Positions 11,316 to 20,029 of a DNA stretch of 64,000 bases are shown here, in pieces (the stretch's first letter is position 1; each line of letters begins with the position of its first letter). The stretch covers positions 416,001-480,000 of the forward strand of contig CAWFDF010000008.1 in the NCBI GenBank assembly GCA_963814585.1, given 5' to 3'. This stretch comes from an uncultured delta proteobacterium (lineage in GTDB: Bacteria; Myxococcota; Myxococcia; Myxococcales; Anaeromyxobacteraceae). Position numbers and translations under genes: made by a program. Below the pieces are notes generated by a model that saw nothing but the letters and a program-made list of their open reading frames with translations, was not told where the DNA came from and did no database searches.

Positions 11316-11379
11316 GATCCCCGAATGATCCCCGATGGTTTCTTGACCAGGTGCGATCGGGTGATATCACGATCCCCGA
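11316..11379. promoter_or_regulatory. Three phased GATCCCCGA direct repeats plus a GTGATATCAC palindrome in a divergent promoter region
   Basis: Copies at 11316, 11327 and 11371 (11 and 44 bp apart); palindrome at 11361-11370; TTGACC at 11343. Confidence 0.45.
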
Positions 11380-11759
11380 TGGGCTCCGTCGAGTGCACGC
11401 ACTGCCAGGTGACGATGACCAGCTGGGCGGCGTCCGGCAGCCCGGTCCGGTATTTCCAGTGCCCGCTCTGCGCGCGAACCTTCGCCTCCGCGTACGACGA
11501 GGTCTTCCGCGCCAGGGCCGGCGCCCGCCAGACCGGCGTGCCATCCCAGCAGGCGGCCCCTGCCAGCCTCCCCATGGCCAGCCCCGAGGCGCAGCGCTGG
11601 GCCACGGTCCGCGCTCGCGCCTCCCGCTGGTTCTCACGGCTCGACACCGAACAGCGGCTGGTTGCCCGGGCGCTCCCCCCTGCACCAGGACCTCAGCGGC
11701 TTGCGCCGCGCGCCGAGGCCGGCTCCGCGGCCGCCGCCCGTCCGGCCCGCCACAGGTAG
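11379..11759 (+). CDS. Small zinc-ribbon protein (CxxC...CxxC)
   Basis: MGSVECTHCQV...YFQCPLCARTF. Confidence 0.7.
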   Translation: MGSVECTHCQVTMTSWAASGSPVRYFQCPLCARTFASAYDEVFRARAGARQTGVPSQQAAPASLPMASPEAQRWATVRARASRWFSRLDTEQRLVARALPPAPGPQRLAPRAEAGSAAAARPARHR

Positions 11760-13429
11760 CTCCAGACCGCCGCCGCCAGGGCGAGGCCGAGCGACACGCG
11801 GGCCGCCAGCGGGAAGCGCCCGGCCGGCGACACGGTGGCCTCCACGGCCGCCACCAGCAGGAGCAGCGGCGCCACCAGGACCAGGATCCGCGCTGCCTCC
11901 CGGCCGCTTCGCGCCAGCGCCTCCCGCCGAGGCCACTCCCCTGGCCGGACCAGCCCGCCGGCGAGGACGAAGCCGGCCTGCCCGGCGAGAGCCAGCGCGC
12001 TCAGCTCCACCGGTCCGTGGGCCGCGACGAAGCCGGCCAGCCCCGGGCCGAGGCCAGCCTGCCAGGCCGCCACCAGCACGGCCCCCAGCAGCGCACCGTT
12101 GGCGGCGAGCAGCAACGCGGTGCCGACGCCGCCGGTGAGGCCGAGCGCGAAGCAGAGGGCCGCGACCGAGAGGTTGTTCCGTGCGATGGCGCCGCCGGCC
12201 AGTCCCGGGGCCGAGCCGAGCAGGTCGTCGGTCCAGAGCCGCCTCGCCGCCAGCGCCTCGCGAACCGAGGCCGGGATCAGCCAGCTCCACCCCTCCGGAT
12301 CGAGCGCCGTCACCAGCGCGCCGGCCAGCAGGCCCCCCGCCAGGAAGGCCGTGGCCAGGGCCAGCGCGCCGCCGTGGCGGACCACCTCCGCGGCCCCCTC
12401 GCGCCGGAGCAGCGCCACGGCGGAGCGCCAGCCGGAGCGCCGGCGCCGATGGAGCGCGGCGAAGGCGCGGGCGGCCAGCTGCGCGAGGTAGCCCTCGGCG
12501 TCGGTGCCCGGGAAGGCGCCGCGGGCGTGGGCGAGATCGCCGAGGGTCCTGCGGTAGAGGCGGTCGAGCTCCTCCACCTCGGCCACCCCCAGCCGGCCCC
12601 CGTCGACCCGCTCCAGCAGGGCGGCCAGCCGCTCCCAGCCCTCCCGGCGGGTCCGGACGAAGGCGGCCACCCCCTGTGGCCGGCCCGCGGCGAAGTCGTG
12701 GAACGCCTCCAGCATCGACTCGGCGTCGCCGGCCGCCGGGGGCGCCACGCCCGCCCGCGCGGCCAGCGCAGACGCCAGCCGCGCGGCGAGCCCGGCACGC
12801 GGCACCTCGTCGAACCCGCTCCGCCGGCGCAGGAAGTCGTCCAGCCGCTCGAAGTCGGCCGGCGCCAGCAGTCCCGGCGCCCGGCCCTTCAGCTCGCGCC
12901 AGCGGGCCTCGGCCGCCGCCAGCGCGCCGTAGCGTCCCAGGTCGAAGGGCCGCTCCTGGACCACCAGCGTCCCCGCCACCAGGTCGCCGAGTCGCTGGCG
13001 CCGGCCCGAGAGCGCCACCGCCAGCACCGCCGGGGCGTAGCCGAGCGGGAGCTCGACCACCCGGAGGGCGTTGCGCACCAGGGACGCGGGGAGCCCGACC
13101 GGCGCGCCGTCGAGCTGGACGACTCGCAGGCCGAGGACCCGCTTCCCCGGGGTCTGGCCGCGCCACCCCACCTCCCAGGCCACGTCCCACCCCCACCCCG
13201 CCGCCAGGACCGCCCCGACCACCACCAGCTGGCCGACCCAGGAGAGTCCCTGCCAGCGCCCCAGCAGGTCTCCCCAGATCGAGTAGACGAAGAGCCCTGC
13301 GATCCAGCACAGGAAGACCGCCAGGAGGTCGAGCAGCGCCGCCAGCCCGCGCGCCCCGACGCCGGCGAGCGGCAGCGACAGCGCCACCTGCCCTGGCGCC
13401 TCCACCTGCCAGTGATCGCGGCCGCCCAC
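11693..13429 (-). CDS. RDD-domain / SpoIIM (DUF95) fusion membrane protein
   Basis: N-half has RGLAALLD, GQTPGKR and QRLGDLVAGT (RDD); C-half has LYRR...DLA, NN, NG and HGPVEL (SpoIIM). Confidence 0.85.
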   Translation of the reverse strand: MGGRDHWQVEAPGQVALSLPLAGVGARGLAALLDLLAVFLCWIAGLFVYSIWGDLLGRWQGLSWVGQLVVVGAVLAAGWGWDVAWEVGWRGQTPGKRVLGLRVVQLDGAPVGLPASLVRNALRVVELPLGYAPAVLAVALSGRRQRLGDLVAGTLVVQERPFDLGRYGALAAAEARWRELKGRAPGLLAPADFERLDDFLRRRSGFDEVPRAGLAARLASALAARAGVAPPAAGDAESMLEAFHDFAAGRPQGVAAFVRTRREGWERLAALLERVDGGRLGVAEVEELDRLYRRTLGDLAHARGAFPGTDAEGYLAQLAARAFAALHRRRRSGWRSAVALLRREGAAEVVRHGGALALATAFLAGGLLAGALVTALDPEGWSWLIPASVREALAARRLWTDDLLGSAPGLAGGAIARNNLSVAALCFALGLTGGVGTALLLAANGALLGAVLVAAWQAGLGPGLAGFVAAHGPVELSALALAGQAGFVLAGGLVRPGEWPRREALARSGREAARILVLVAPLLLLVAAVEATVSPAGRFPLAARVSLGLALAAAVWSYLWRAGRAAAAEPASARGASR

Positions 13430-13614
13430 GGGCGGAGCATAGCCCGCGGCCCACGCTGGCGCTCCACCCGGCAGGTGGCACGGTCGACCTCGGGCCCTGG
13501 AACGGTCCGAGGCCCGACCCCTCCGCCCTCCGCGGGGCGCCGCTGGTCGGCCCGGCGATCTCGGGCGGCGTCATCGCCCGGCTGCGGGCCCGGCTCGGGC
13601 CACGAGCTGGCCGC

Positions 13615-13905
13615 TCATCCCCGGGCCACGGCCCGGTTCTGCTCGCGCAGCTCGTTGACGGCGTAGATGCCCTGGGCCCAGAGGACTCCCTGGGTGAAGC
13701 CGAGCCAGCGCATGGCCCGCTCCCGTTCTCCGGCGTCGAGCGCCCTCTGGATCTCCAGGCACATCCAGGCCGTGTGCTCCAGCTGGCGGCTGCGCGGGAA
13801 GCTGGCCGTGGTCCGATCGAAGTCGATCTGGGCCGGACGGTATCCCTCCCGCTCCAGCCGGTCCTGGTAGGCCTTCACCACCTGCTTCACCTGCGCGTCG
13901 GTCAC
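13615..13905 (-). CDS. Hypothetical 96-aa protein
   Basis: GGAG-like RBS before GTG; protein-like composition with RAMRWLGFTQGVLW motif. Confidence 0.7.
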   Translation of the reverse strand: MTDAQVKQVVKAYQDRLEREGYRPAQIDFDRTTASFPRSRQLEHTAWMCLEIQRALDAGERERAMRWLGFTQGVLWAQGIYAVNELREQNRAVARG

Positions 13906-14023
13906 GGCGTGGCTCCTCGCGGCGTCGGTTGGGAATGCAGGATACCAGCCCGGGCGCCATCTCCAACCCGGCCAGCCACCCTGCAGCCGTGGTATCTAGC
14001 CACCGCGACGTGCGGCGGGTTCC

Positions 14024-14095
14024 GAGGCGCTAGCTCAATGGTAGAGCATTGGCCTTTTAAGCCAGTGGCTGTGGGTTCGAGTCCCACGCGCCTCA
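14024..14095 (+). tRNA. tRNA-Lys(TTT)
   Basis: Acceptor stem GAGGCGC/GCGCCTC, D-arm TAGCTCAATGGTAGAGC, anticodon loop CTTTTAA, GTTCGAGTC T-loop; CCA not encoded. Confidence 0.95.
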
Positions 14096-14097
14096 TT

Positions 14098-14146
14098 GCG
14101 GCGCTCCGTCCCGGTGGCCCGGTGGGGAGCGGAGCGCCGCCTTTTC
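14098..14146 (+). terminator. Intrinsic terminator after tRNA-Lys
   Basis: 11-bp stem GCGGCGCTCCG/CGGAGCGCCGC followed by CTTTT. Confidence 0.7.
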
Positions 14147-14180
14147 GACGGTGAGCACGGGAGCGGCTACACTCGCCGGC

Positions 14181-15080
14181 ATGCCCGCACCCGACCACTC
14201 CGGCCCCGTTCCCGCCGCGACGTGGCGCCTCGCCTTCGGCGCCGCGCTCCTGCTGTCCATCGCCGGCACCGGTGGCGCGGAGGACCGCGGCCCGCGGCTC
14301 GAGCTCTTCTACGGTCCCAACGAGACCACGCAGGTCACGCTGGCGTCGCTGAGCGCCGAGCTCGACGGCCGACCGCTCCCGCTGGAGATGCCGGCGCCCA
14401 CCAGCCCGGCGACGCAGCCGTTCTACACGGGGCCGCTCGCGCCCGGGAAGCACCGGCTGGTGGTGTCGGTGACGATGGTGGGCGACAGCGCGGTCTTCCG
14501 CTACGTCAAGGACTACCGGTTCGACATGCGCGGCGCGCTGGACTTCGCCTCGGCGGAGGAGGGCGTCGTCCAGGCCACCGTCAAGGTCACGGACCGGCTC
14601 CGCGTCGACGTCGAGTGGTACGACAGGTACGCGCTGGCGTTCTCGGCGGTCCGCACCGTCCCGCCGCCCTCGCCGACCGCGCAGCGTGAGGCGCCCGTGG
14701 CGCCCGCCGCCCCGGCCGTCGCGGTCGCTCCGATCGCCGCCTGCGCCATGGAGCCGCTCCACTTCAAGTTCACCCAGTCCACGCTCTCCCCCCGGGCCAG
14801 GGGCTCGCTCGACCGGTTCGCCGCCTGCCTGGCAGGCAGCGGCTCCCGGGTGACGCTGGTCGGCCACTGCGATCGGCGCGGCTCCGCGGCGCTCAACCAG
14901 CGGCTGGGGAGGGAGCGGGCCGACTCCGCCGCCAGGTACCTGGTGGCCGCGGGAATCGCCGCCGGGCGCATCGGCGTCGAGTCCAGGGGCGCCCTGGAGC
15001 CAGTCTGTCCCGAGCCCAGCGCCGCCTGCCACGCGCGAAACCGGCGCGTCGTCGCCAGCGTCGCCATCCCGGCCCGGTAG
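14181..15080 (+). CDS. Secreted protein with a C-terminal OmpA-like peptidoglycan-binding domain
   Basis: Signal peptide, Pro/Ala linker, GHCDRRGS...NQRLGRERA...RNRRV. Confidence 0.85.
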   Translation: MPAPDHSGPVPAATWRLAFGAALLLSIAGTGGAEDRGPRLELFYGPNETTQVTLASLSAELDGRPLPLEMPAPTSPATQPFYTGPLAPGKHRLVVSVTMVGDSAVFRYVKDYRFDMRGALDFASAEEGVVQATVKVTDRLRVDVEWYDRYALAFSAVRTVPPPSPTAQREAPVAPAAPAVAVAPIAACAMEPLHFKFTQSTLSPRARGSLDRFAACLAGSGSRVTLVGHCDRRGSAALNQRLGRERADSAARYLVAAGIAAGRIGVESRGALEPVCPEPSAACHARNRRVVASVAIPAR

Positions 15081-15100
15081 GGCGCCGTCCCGATCCCGCC

Positions 15101-15985
15101 TCACCACCACCGCAGGTCCAGCACCACCGGCCGGTGATCCGAGGCCGCCGCCACGTCGGGGCCGTCCGCCACCCATCCGGCCAGCAGCCTCCCCTCCTGC
15201 GCTCCTCGCACCGCCAGGTGATCGAGGGCCTCCCGCCGCCGCCCGTCGCTCCAGGTCCAGTCGGCCGGCCCCGCCGCGGCGCTCTCCGGCCCCGCCCCGC
15301 CCGCCCCGTCGATCCATCGCCCATCACCGAACAGCGGCTGGAGCGCCGCCGCCGTGGCCTCGTCGTTCAGGTCGCCGCCGGCCAGCACCAGCGCGCCGGG
15401 GTCGGCCGCGGCCGCGCCATCGGCCAGGGCCCGGAGCCGGGCCGCCTGGGCGCACCGGCGCGCCCCGTCGGGATCGGAGAGGCGCGAGGAGAGGTGCGTC
15501 CCCACCAGGACCAGGCGCAGCCGGCCGAGTGCCAGCCTGGCCTCCACGGCGTCCCGCGGCCAGAGGCGCCGGCCGTCGGCGCCCAGCTCGCCGGCGTGGC
15601 TCCGGTAGCCCGCCACCGGCCACCGCGAGAGGAGCGCCACGTCGATGCCGCGCGGGTCGTTCCCCTCCAGCAGGTGCGCCTCGACATAGCCGGCTCGGGA
15701 GGCCAGCCGCAGCAGCAGCGGCAGCCGCTCCACCTCCTGGAGCAGCACGACGTCGGCGTCGAGGCGGCGCAGCACCGTGGCCACCGCGTCGAGCCTGGAC
15801 TCGACCTCGGCCGGCGGAACGGCCGGGTCGAGGGTGCCGGGATCCGCCACCTCGTCGAAGAGGTCGTGGACGTTCCAGCTGGCCACCCGGACCACGGCGG
15901 CCGGGTGCGCGGATGAGCCGCCGGTCCGCGCCGTGGACGGGCCGCAGGCGCACAGCAGCGGAATCACGAGGGCGAGCGAGCGCAT
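15101..15985 (-). CDS. Endonuclease/exonuclease/phosphatase (EEP) family lipoprotein
   Basis: Lipobox LCAC; ASWNV, LQEV, GDLN, LDH and SDHRPV catalytic motifs. Confidence 0.88.
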   Translation of the reverse strand: MRSLALVIPLLCACGPSTARTGGSSAHPAAVVRVASWNVHDLFDEVADPGTLDPAVPPAEVESRLDAVATVLRRLDADVVLLQEVERLPLLLRLASRAGYVEAHLLEGNDPRGIDVALLSRWPVAGYRSHAGELGADGRRLWPRDAVEARLALGRLRLVLVGTHLSSRLSDPDGARRCAQAARLRALADGAAAADPGALVLAGGDLNDEATAAALQPLFGDGRWIDGAGGAGPESAAAGPADWTWSDGRRREALDHLAVRGAQEGRLLAGWVADGPDVAAASDHRPVVLDLRWW

Positions 15986-16036
15986 CACCCCACGCCCGTG
16001 CAAGCCGTGGCCCACCAGCTGGCCACCCGCGGGCGG

Positions 16037-17668
16037 TCAGTACATGGAGTAGATCGACACCAGCGCGCTGCCCCCGAACGGGAGCGAGCTGCTCTCCTCG
16101 GCCAGGTCGACGGCGGCGCGGGCCAGCACCGAGAGACGGAGCCCGATGTGGCGGGTCAGCTCGGTGGACGCGGAGAGGTAGAGCCCGTACTCGTCCTGGT
16201 CGAGCCCGAGGCTGGCCGTGTAGGCCCAGCTCAGCCGGGCGATGAGCCGCAGGGAGTCCGTCGGCTGGGCCACGGCCTGCAGCCAGGCGCTGCGACCGTC
16301 GAGCCAGCCCGTGTCCTCCTGGTACCCGGCCGACAGCGACACGCGCCGCGAGATGAACCGCGGCACCACCACCTCCGGTCCCACCCAAGACCGCTCCAGC
16401 CCGGACTCCAGGTCGCGGGCGGTCCCGCCCGCCAGCCCCAGCCGCAGCGGGCCGAAGTCCCAGGAGACCTGGGCATCGCCATGGCGGGAGCGGCCCGCCC
16501 AGGCCATGGGCGTGAAGGTCTGCGGCATGAGCAGCTCGCTGTAGTCGTAGGCCCCGGAGAGCGTCAGCCGCGGGACCGGACGCACCGCGGCCTCGACGCG
16601 GGCACCGTCGAGACCCGCCGGCGAGTTGACCAGGCCGCCAAACCCGAAGCGGGCGTCGGCGAAGACGTCGAGCCAGCCGCCGGCGTGGGCCGAGCCGCCC
16701 AGCTCCAGCTCCAGGCGATCGCCCAGCTCCGGCGAGCGCACCCCGGCCAGGCGCCCCTCCTGCCGGATCACGAGGTCCTTGCCCAGCTTCCCGTCCCAGC
16801 TCCAGAAGCCGCCGGCGGTGGCGCGGGTGGTGGTGAACCCGGTGGTGTCGGGCTGCGGGACCAGGCCACCGAGCAGGCCGGCGGTGAGGCTCCCCCGGCG
16901 CCAGCTCACCACGGCGCCGTCCATCGAGGTCGCGCCAGGGACGTTCCGGGCCAGCACCCGCCCCGCCGAGACCGAGAACGGCCGGGCCTCGGGCGCCCAG
17001 TTGAGCTGGGCCTGCCAGACGAACAGCCGGGCCTTGTCGGCGGGGAGGAAGACCGCCCCGGCCGGCTGGGCCGACCAGTACTCGGCGCGCAGGTCGACGT
17101 CGGCGGTGAAGGGACCGACCGGGGCGCCGTGCAGGGCGGCGTCGGCGCGATCGGCGTGGTAGGTGCCGAGGTCGACGCTCCACCAGCTGACGTCGGAGAA
17201 GGTGAACTCGCCGACGACGTCCCGGGGGGCGTCGAGGGAACGGGTGGTGGCCGGCCTGGCCTTGGCCTCCACCAGCGCCACCGGCGTCGCCGACGCCAGC
17301 TCGGCCCGGCGAGCCAGCTCGGCCTCGCTCGGCAGCGGCGGGAGCCTGACCGCCTTCACCTCGGCGGAGGTGCGCCCAGGAAGGCGGGCGAGGTCACCGG
17401 GCCGCGCCCCTGCGACGGAGCAGGTGGCGTGGTTCGGCGCGACCAGCTCGACGGCGCAGCGGCCGACCTCGGCCAGGCCCCGGCGAAGCACCAGCGCCTG
17501 CCCCACCTCCAGCCCGTCGTCGGAGCCGGCGTCGAGGTAGGCCCGCGCGCCGGTGACCTGCACCACCCGGGCGAAACCCGGGAGCTGGTGGCGCGGCGGC
17601 GGCGACGTCTCGAGCGGACTGGCCGGGGGGGTGGCGGCGAGCGCCAGGGCGAGGATGGAGGCGAGCAC
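16037..17668 (-). CDS. Probable outer-membrane beta-barrel protein of the cytochrome cluster
   Basis: Signal peptide, N-terminal soluble domain, then alternating amphipathic strands ending in an aromatic residue (SIYSMY). Confidence 0.65.
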   Translation of the reverse strand: MLASILALALAATPPASPLETSPPPRHQLPGFARVVQVTGARAYLDAGSDDGLEVGQALVLRRGLAEVGRCAVELVAPNHATCSVAGARPGDLARLPGRTSAEVKAVRLPPLPSEAELARRAELASATPVALVEAKARPATTRSLDAPRDVVGEFTFSDVSWWSVDLGTYHADRADAALHGAPVGPFTADVDLRAEYWSAQPAGAVFLPADKARLFVWQAQLNWAPEARPFSVSAGRVLARNVPGATSMDGAVVSWRRGSLTAGLLGGLVPQPDTTGFTTTRATAGGFWSWDGKLGKDLVIRQEGRLAGVRSPELGDRLELELGGSAHAGGWLDVFADARFGFGGLVNSPAGLDGARVEAAVRPVPRLTLSGAYDYSELLMPQTFTPMAWAGRSRHGDAQVSWDFGPLRLGLAGGTARDLESGLERSWVGPEVVVPRFISRRVSLSAGYQEDTGWLDGRSAWLQAVAQPTDSLRLIARLSWAYTASLGLDQDEYGLYLSASTELTRHIGLRLSVLARAAVDLAEESSSLPFGGSALVSIYSMY

Positions 17669-17671
17669 GTC

Positions 17672-19124
17672 CTACGCCTCTCCCGCTCTTGTGGCAGACG
17701 TAGCAGCCGGTCGGAGGCGGTCCGAGGGTTCCCTTGGCCTCGCCGAAGTCGGCCCCCCAGACCTTGTCGGTGCGCATCCTCGAGTGGCAGGTGAGGCAGC
17801 CGGCGGTGCGGTGATCGCCCTGGCCGAAGCCGCTGTCACCGCGGTCGTGGGAGGTTACCCGGTCCACCTGCGCGTCGGCGTGGCACCGCAGGCAGCTGCC
17901 GGCTGTCGGCCATGTCGAGCTGCACGGTGGTCTTGGTTCCCTCGGAGACGGTCGCCGTCCGGTAACTGGTGATGGTGTACCCGGTGATGGAGTGGGCCGC
18001 CGCCAGGGTCGGCGGCGTGGTCAGCCCGGCGTGGCAGGAGGCGCAGGCGAGCGCCGACAGGTCCTTCCGGTCGGCCGGGTTGGTGTGGCACTGCGCGCAG
18101 CCGATTCCGGCGTGCTTGGTCCCGGCGGCGCGCGGAAAGAGCTGCTCGTGGTTGGCGGGCGCTCCCGCGCCGCCGTCGGCGTGGCAGGCCAGGCAGGCGG
18201 CGGAGAGCCCCTGGGCGGTCACGGTGCTGCGTGAAGTCCGACACCGAGGCGTGCAGCGTGGTCAGAGCCTGGAGTCTCGTCGTGGAAGGCCGAGCCGCCC
18301 ACGGTCACGTGGCAGCCGACGCAGGTGGTCACCTTGAAGTCGGCCACGAAGGTCCGCGGCGGGGTGGTCCTGTTCTGCGGGTGGCAGGCGAGGCAGGCGC
18401 CGCCGGCCGCGCCGGCATGCACCCCGACGCCGATGGGGAACCCCGGCCCGGCCGAGTGGCCGGTGACGGTCACCGGGACCTTGCCGTCCTCGTGGCAGCG
18501 GGCGCAGAGCGTCGAGTCGGTCGCCGAGAAGCCGGGGACCTGCGCGTGGGCGGTGGCGGTGGCAGGGAGGCTGTGCGGATGGCAGCTGGCGCAGCCCAGC
18601 ACCTTGCGGTTGGCCTGGTCGGTATGGCAGTCGGCGCACTTGGCGACGATGGTGGCGGCGGCGTCCTGGTGCGGCAGGAGGAGCCGGGTGTCGTGGTCCA
18701 CGGCGATGCCGCTGAAGTGGCAGGAGCGGCAGGCGGCGTCGAGCGGGGCCACGCCGGCCACGTTGGCGGCGGCCACGGTCGAGTCGAACTGGCTCACCCC
18801 GGCGGCGACGTGCCAGGCGCTCGCCACGGCCTGGGAATCGTCGTGCCAGAGGCCGCTGCGGAGCAGGACGTGGCACCTGGTGCAGGTGTAGACCTTGAAG
18901 CTGGCGGACGGCGCGGCCGCGGCCTTGTCGTAGTGGCAGCCGTTGCAGTCGGCGGCCGCCTGGCCGACCGGCGGCCCGTGGGGCTCGCCCGAGGTGATGG
19001 GGAAGTGCTGGGCGGAGTGCTGCGCCGCGTCGGGCATGGAGAGCCAGGCGTCGGTGCCATCCGACTCCTTGCAGCCCGTGGCGAGCAGGGCCGCGATGGT
19101 GAGCGCCGCGAGTCCGTGCCTCAT
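17672..19124 (-). CDS. Multiheme c-type cytochrome lipoprotein (about 14 CxxCH), interrupted by apparent frameshifts
   Basis: Lipobox LATGC; 8 CxxCH in 18219-19124, 3 in the next frame (CLACH, CAQCH, CASCH) and 3 in the last (CLRCH, CLTCH, CYVCH); frames join by removing single bases near 18271, 18229, 17901 and 17675. Confidence 0.75.
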
Positions 19125-20029
19125 GGTCCAACCCTCCTACCCAGCGGCGCCAGCTTCGGCGCGCCGGTCGAGAAGCGGTGACACTCGTAGCAGCGCTGGT
19201 TCGACGGGGCGAAGCCGGGGACGGCGTCGTGCTCGGTCGGGTCGTGGCACCCCATGCAGTTGGCGGGCGGCGTGGCGGTGCAGGTGAGCGGGCCCGGTGG
19301 GACGGCCGGCAGTCCGAAGGTGTGGCAGTCCTGGCACCTGATCCCGGCGTGCTTGCCCGAGCTGATCTGGAAGCAGGTGTCGTGCTCCTTCCAGGTGCCC
19401 GGCGAGAAGCGCCAGGTCGAGTGGCAGCCGCGGCAGTCGGTGGGGAAGGTGCCGGCGTGCGGGATGGAGGCGGTGGCGGTGCGATCGTAGTCGGCCTGGT
19501 GGCAGGCGACGCACTGCGAGGTGGGGCGCGCGAAGGCGCGATCGCGCCGGTCGCCGTGGCACTGCTCGCAGGGGATGACGGCGTGCCGCCCGGTGAGCGG
19601 GAAGTTGGTGCGCCGGTGGGCCTCGGGCCCGAAGCTGGCCTCCTTCCACGAGCCGGTGTCGTGGCAGCGGTCGCAGCGGGCCCCCAGGCGGCGGGCGTGG
19701 ACGTCGCGGTGGCACGCCGAGCAGGCCTTGGCCACCGGGTCGTCGTAGCGGCCGCTGGCATGGCAGGCCCGGCAGGTGACCGCCTGGTGGCGGCCGGTGA
19801 GCGGGAAGCCGGTCCGCTCGTGCGAGAAGGTCACCTGCTTCCAGTCCTCGGCCGTGTGGCAGGCGGCGCAGCGGGTCCTGCCGCCGGCGTGGCCGCCGGG
19901 GCGCGGGGCGAGGTCCGCGGCGGGCTGGGACCTGGCCGGCGCCAGGACCGGCGCCGGGGCCTGGGCCGGCGCCTGGGCCTGGGCCGGCGCTCCGGCCAGG
20001 AGGAGCAGGGCGATGAGCGTCGCGGTCAC
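19121..20029 (-). CDS. Decaheme c-type cytochrome (periplasmic)
   Basis: Signal peptide from GTG at 20029; 10 CxxCH motifs; H-x2-T-x-FPLTGRH modules. Confidence 0.9.
   Translation of the reverse strand: MTATLIALLLLAGAPAQAQAPAQAPAPVLAPARSQPAADLAPRPGGHAGGRTRCAACHTAEDWKQVTFSHERTGFPLTGRHQAVTCRACHASGRYDDPVAKACSACHRDVHARRLGARCDRCHDTGSWKEASFGPEAHRRTNFPLTGRHAVIPCEQCHGDRRDRAFARPTSQCVACHQADYDRTATASIPHAGTFPTDCRGCHSTWRFSPGTWKEHDTCFQISSGKHAGIRCQDCHTFGLPAVPPGPLTCTATPPANCMGCHDPTEHDAVPGFAPSNQRCYECHRFSTGAPKLAPLGRRVGP

Noticed and set aside
18219..18221. TGA read-through (selenocysteine) in the lipoprotein cytochrome
   Set aside because: The downstream heme motifs are in different frames, so read-through cannot restore them; no slippery motif is evident either
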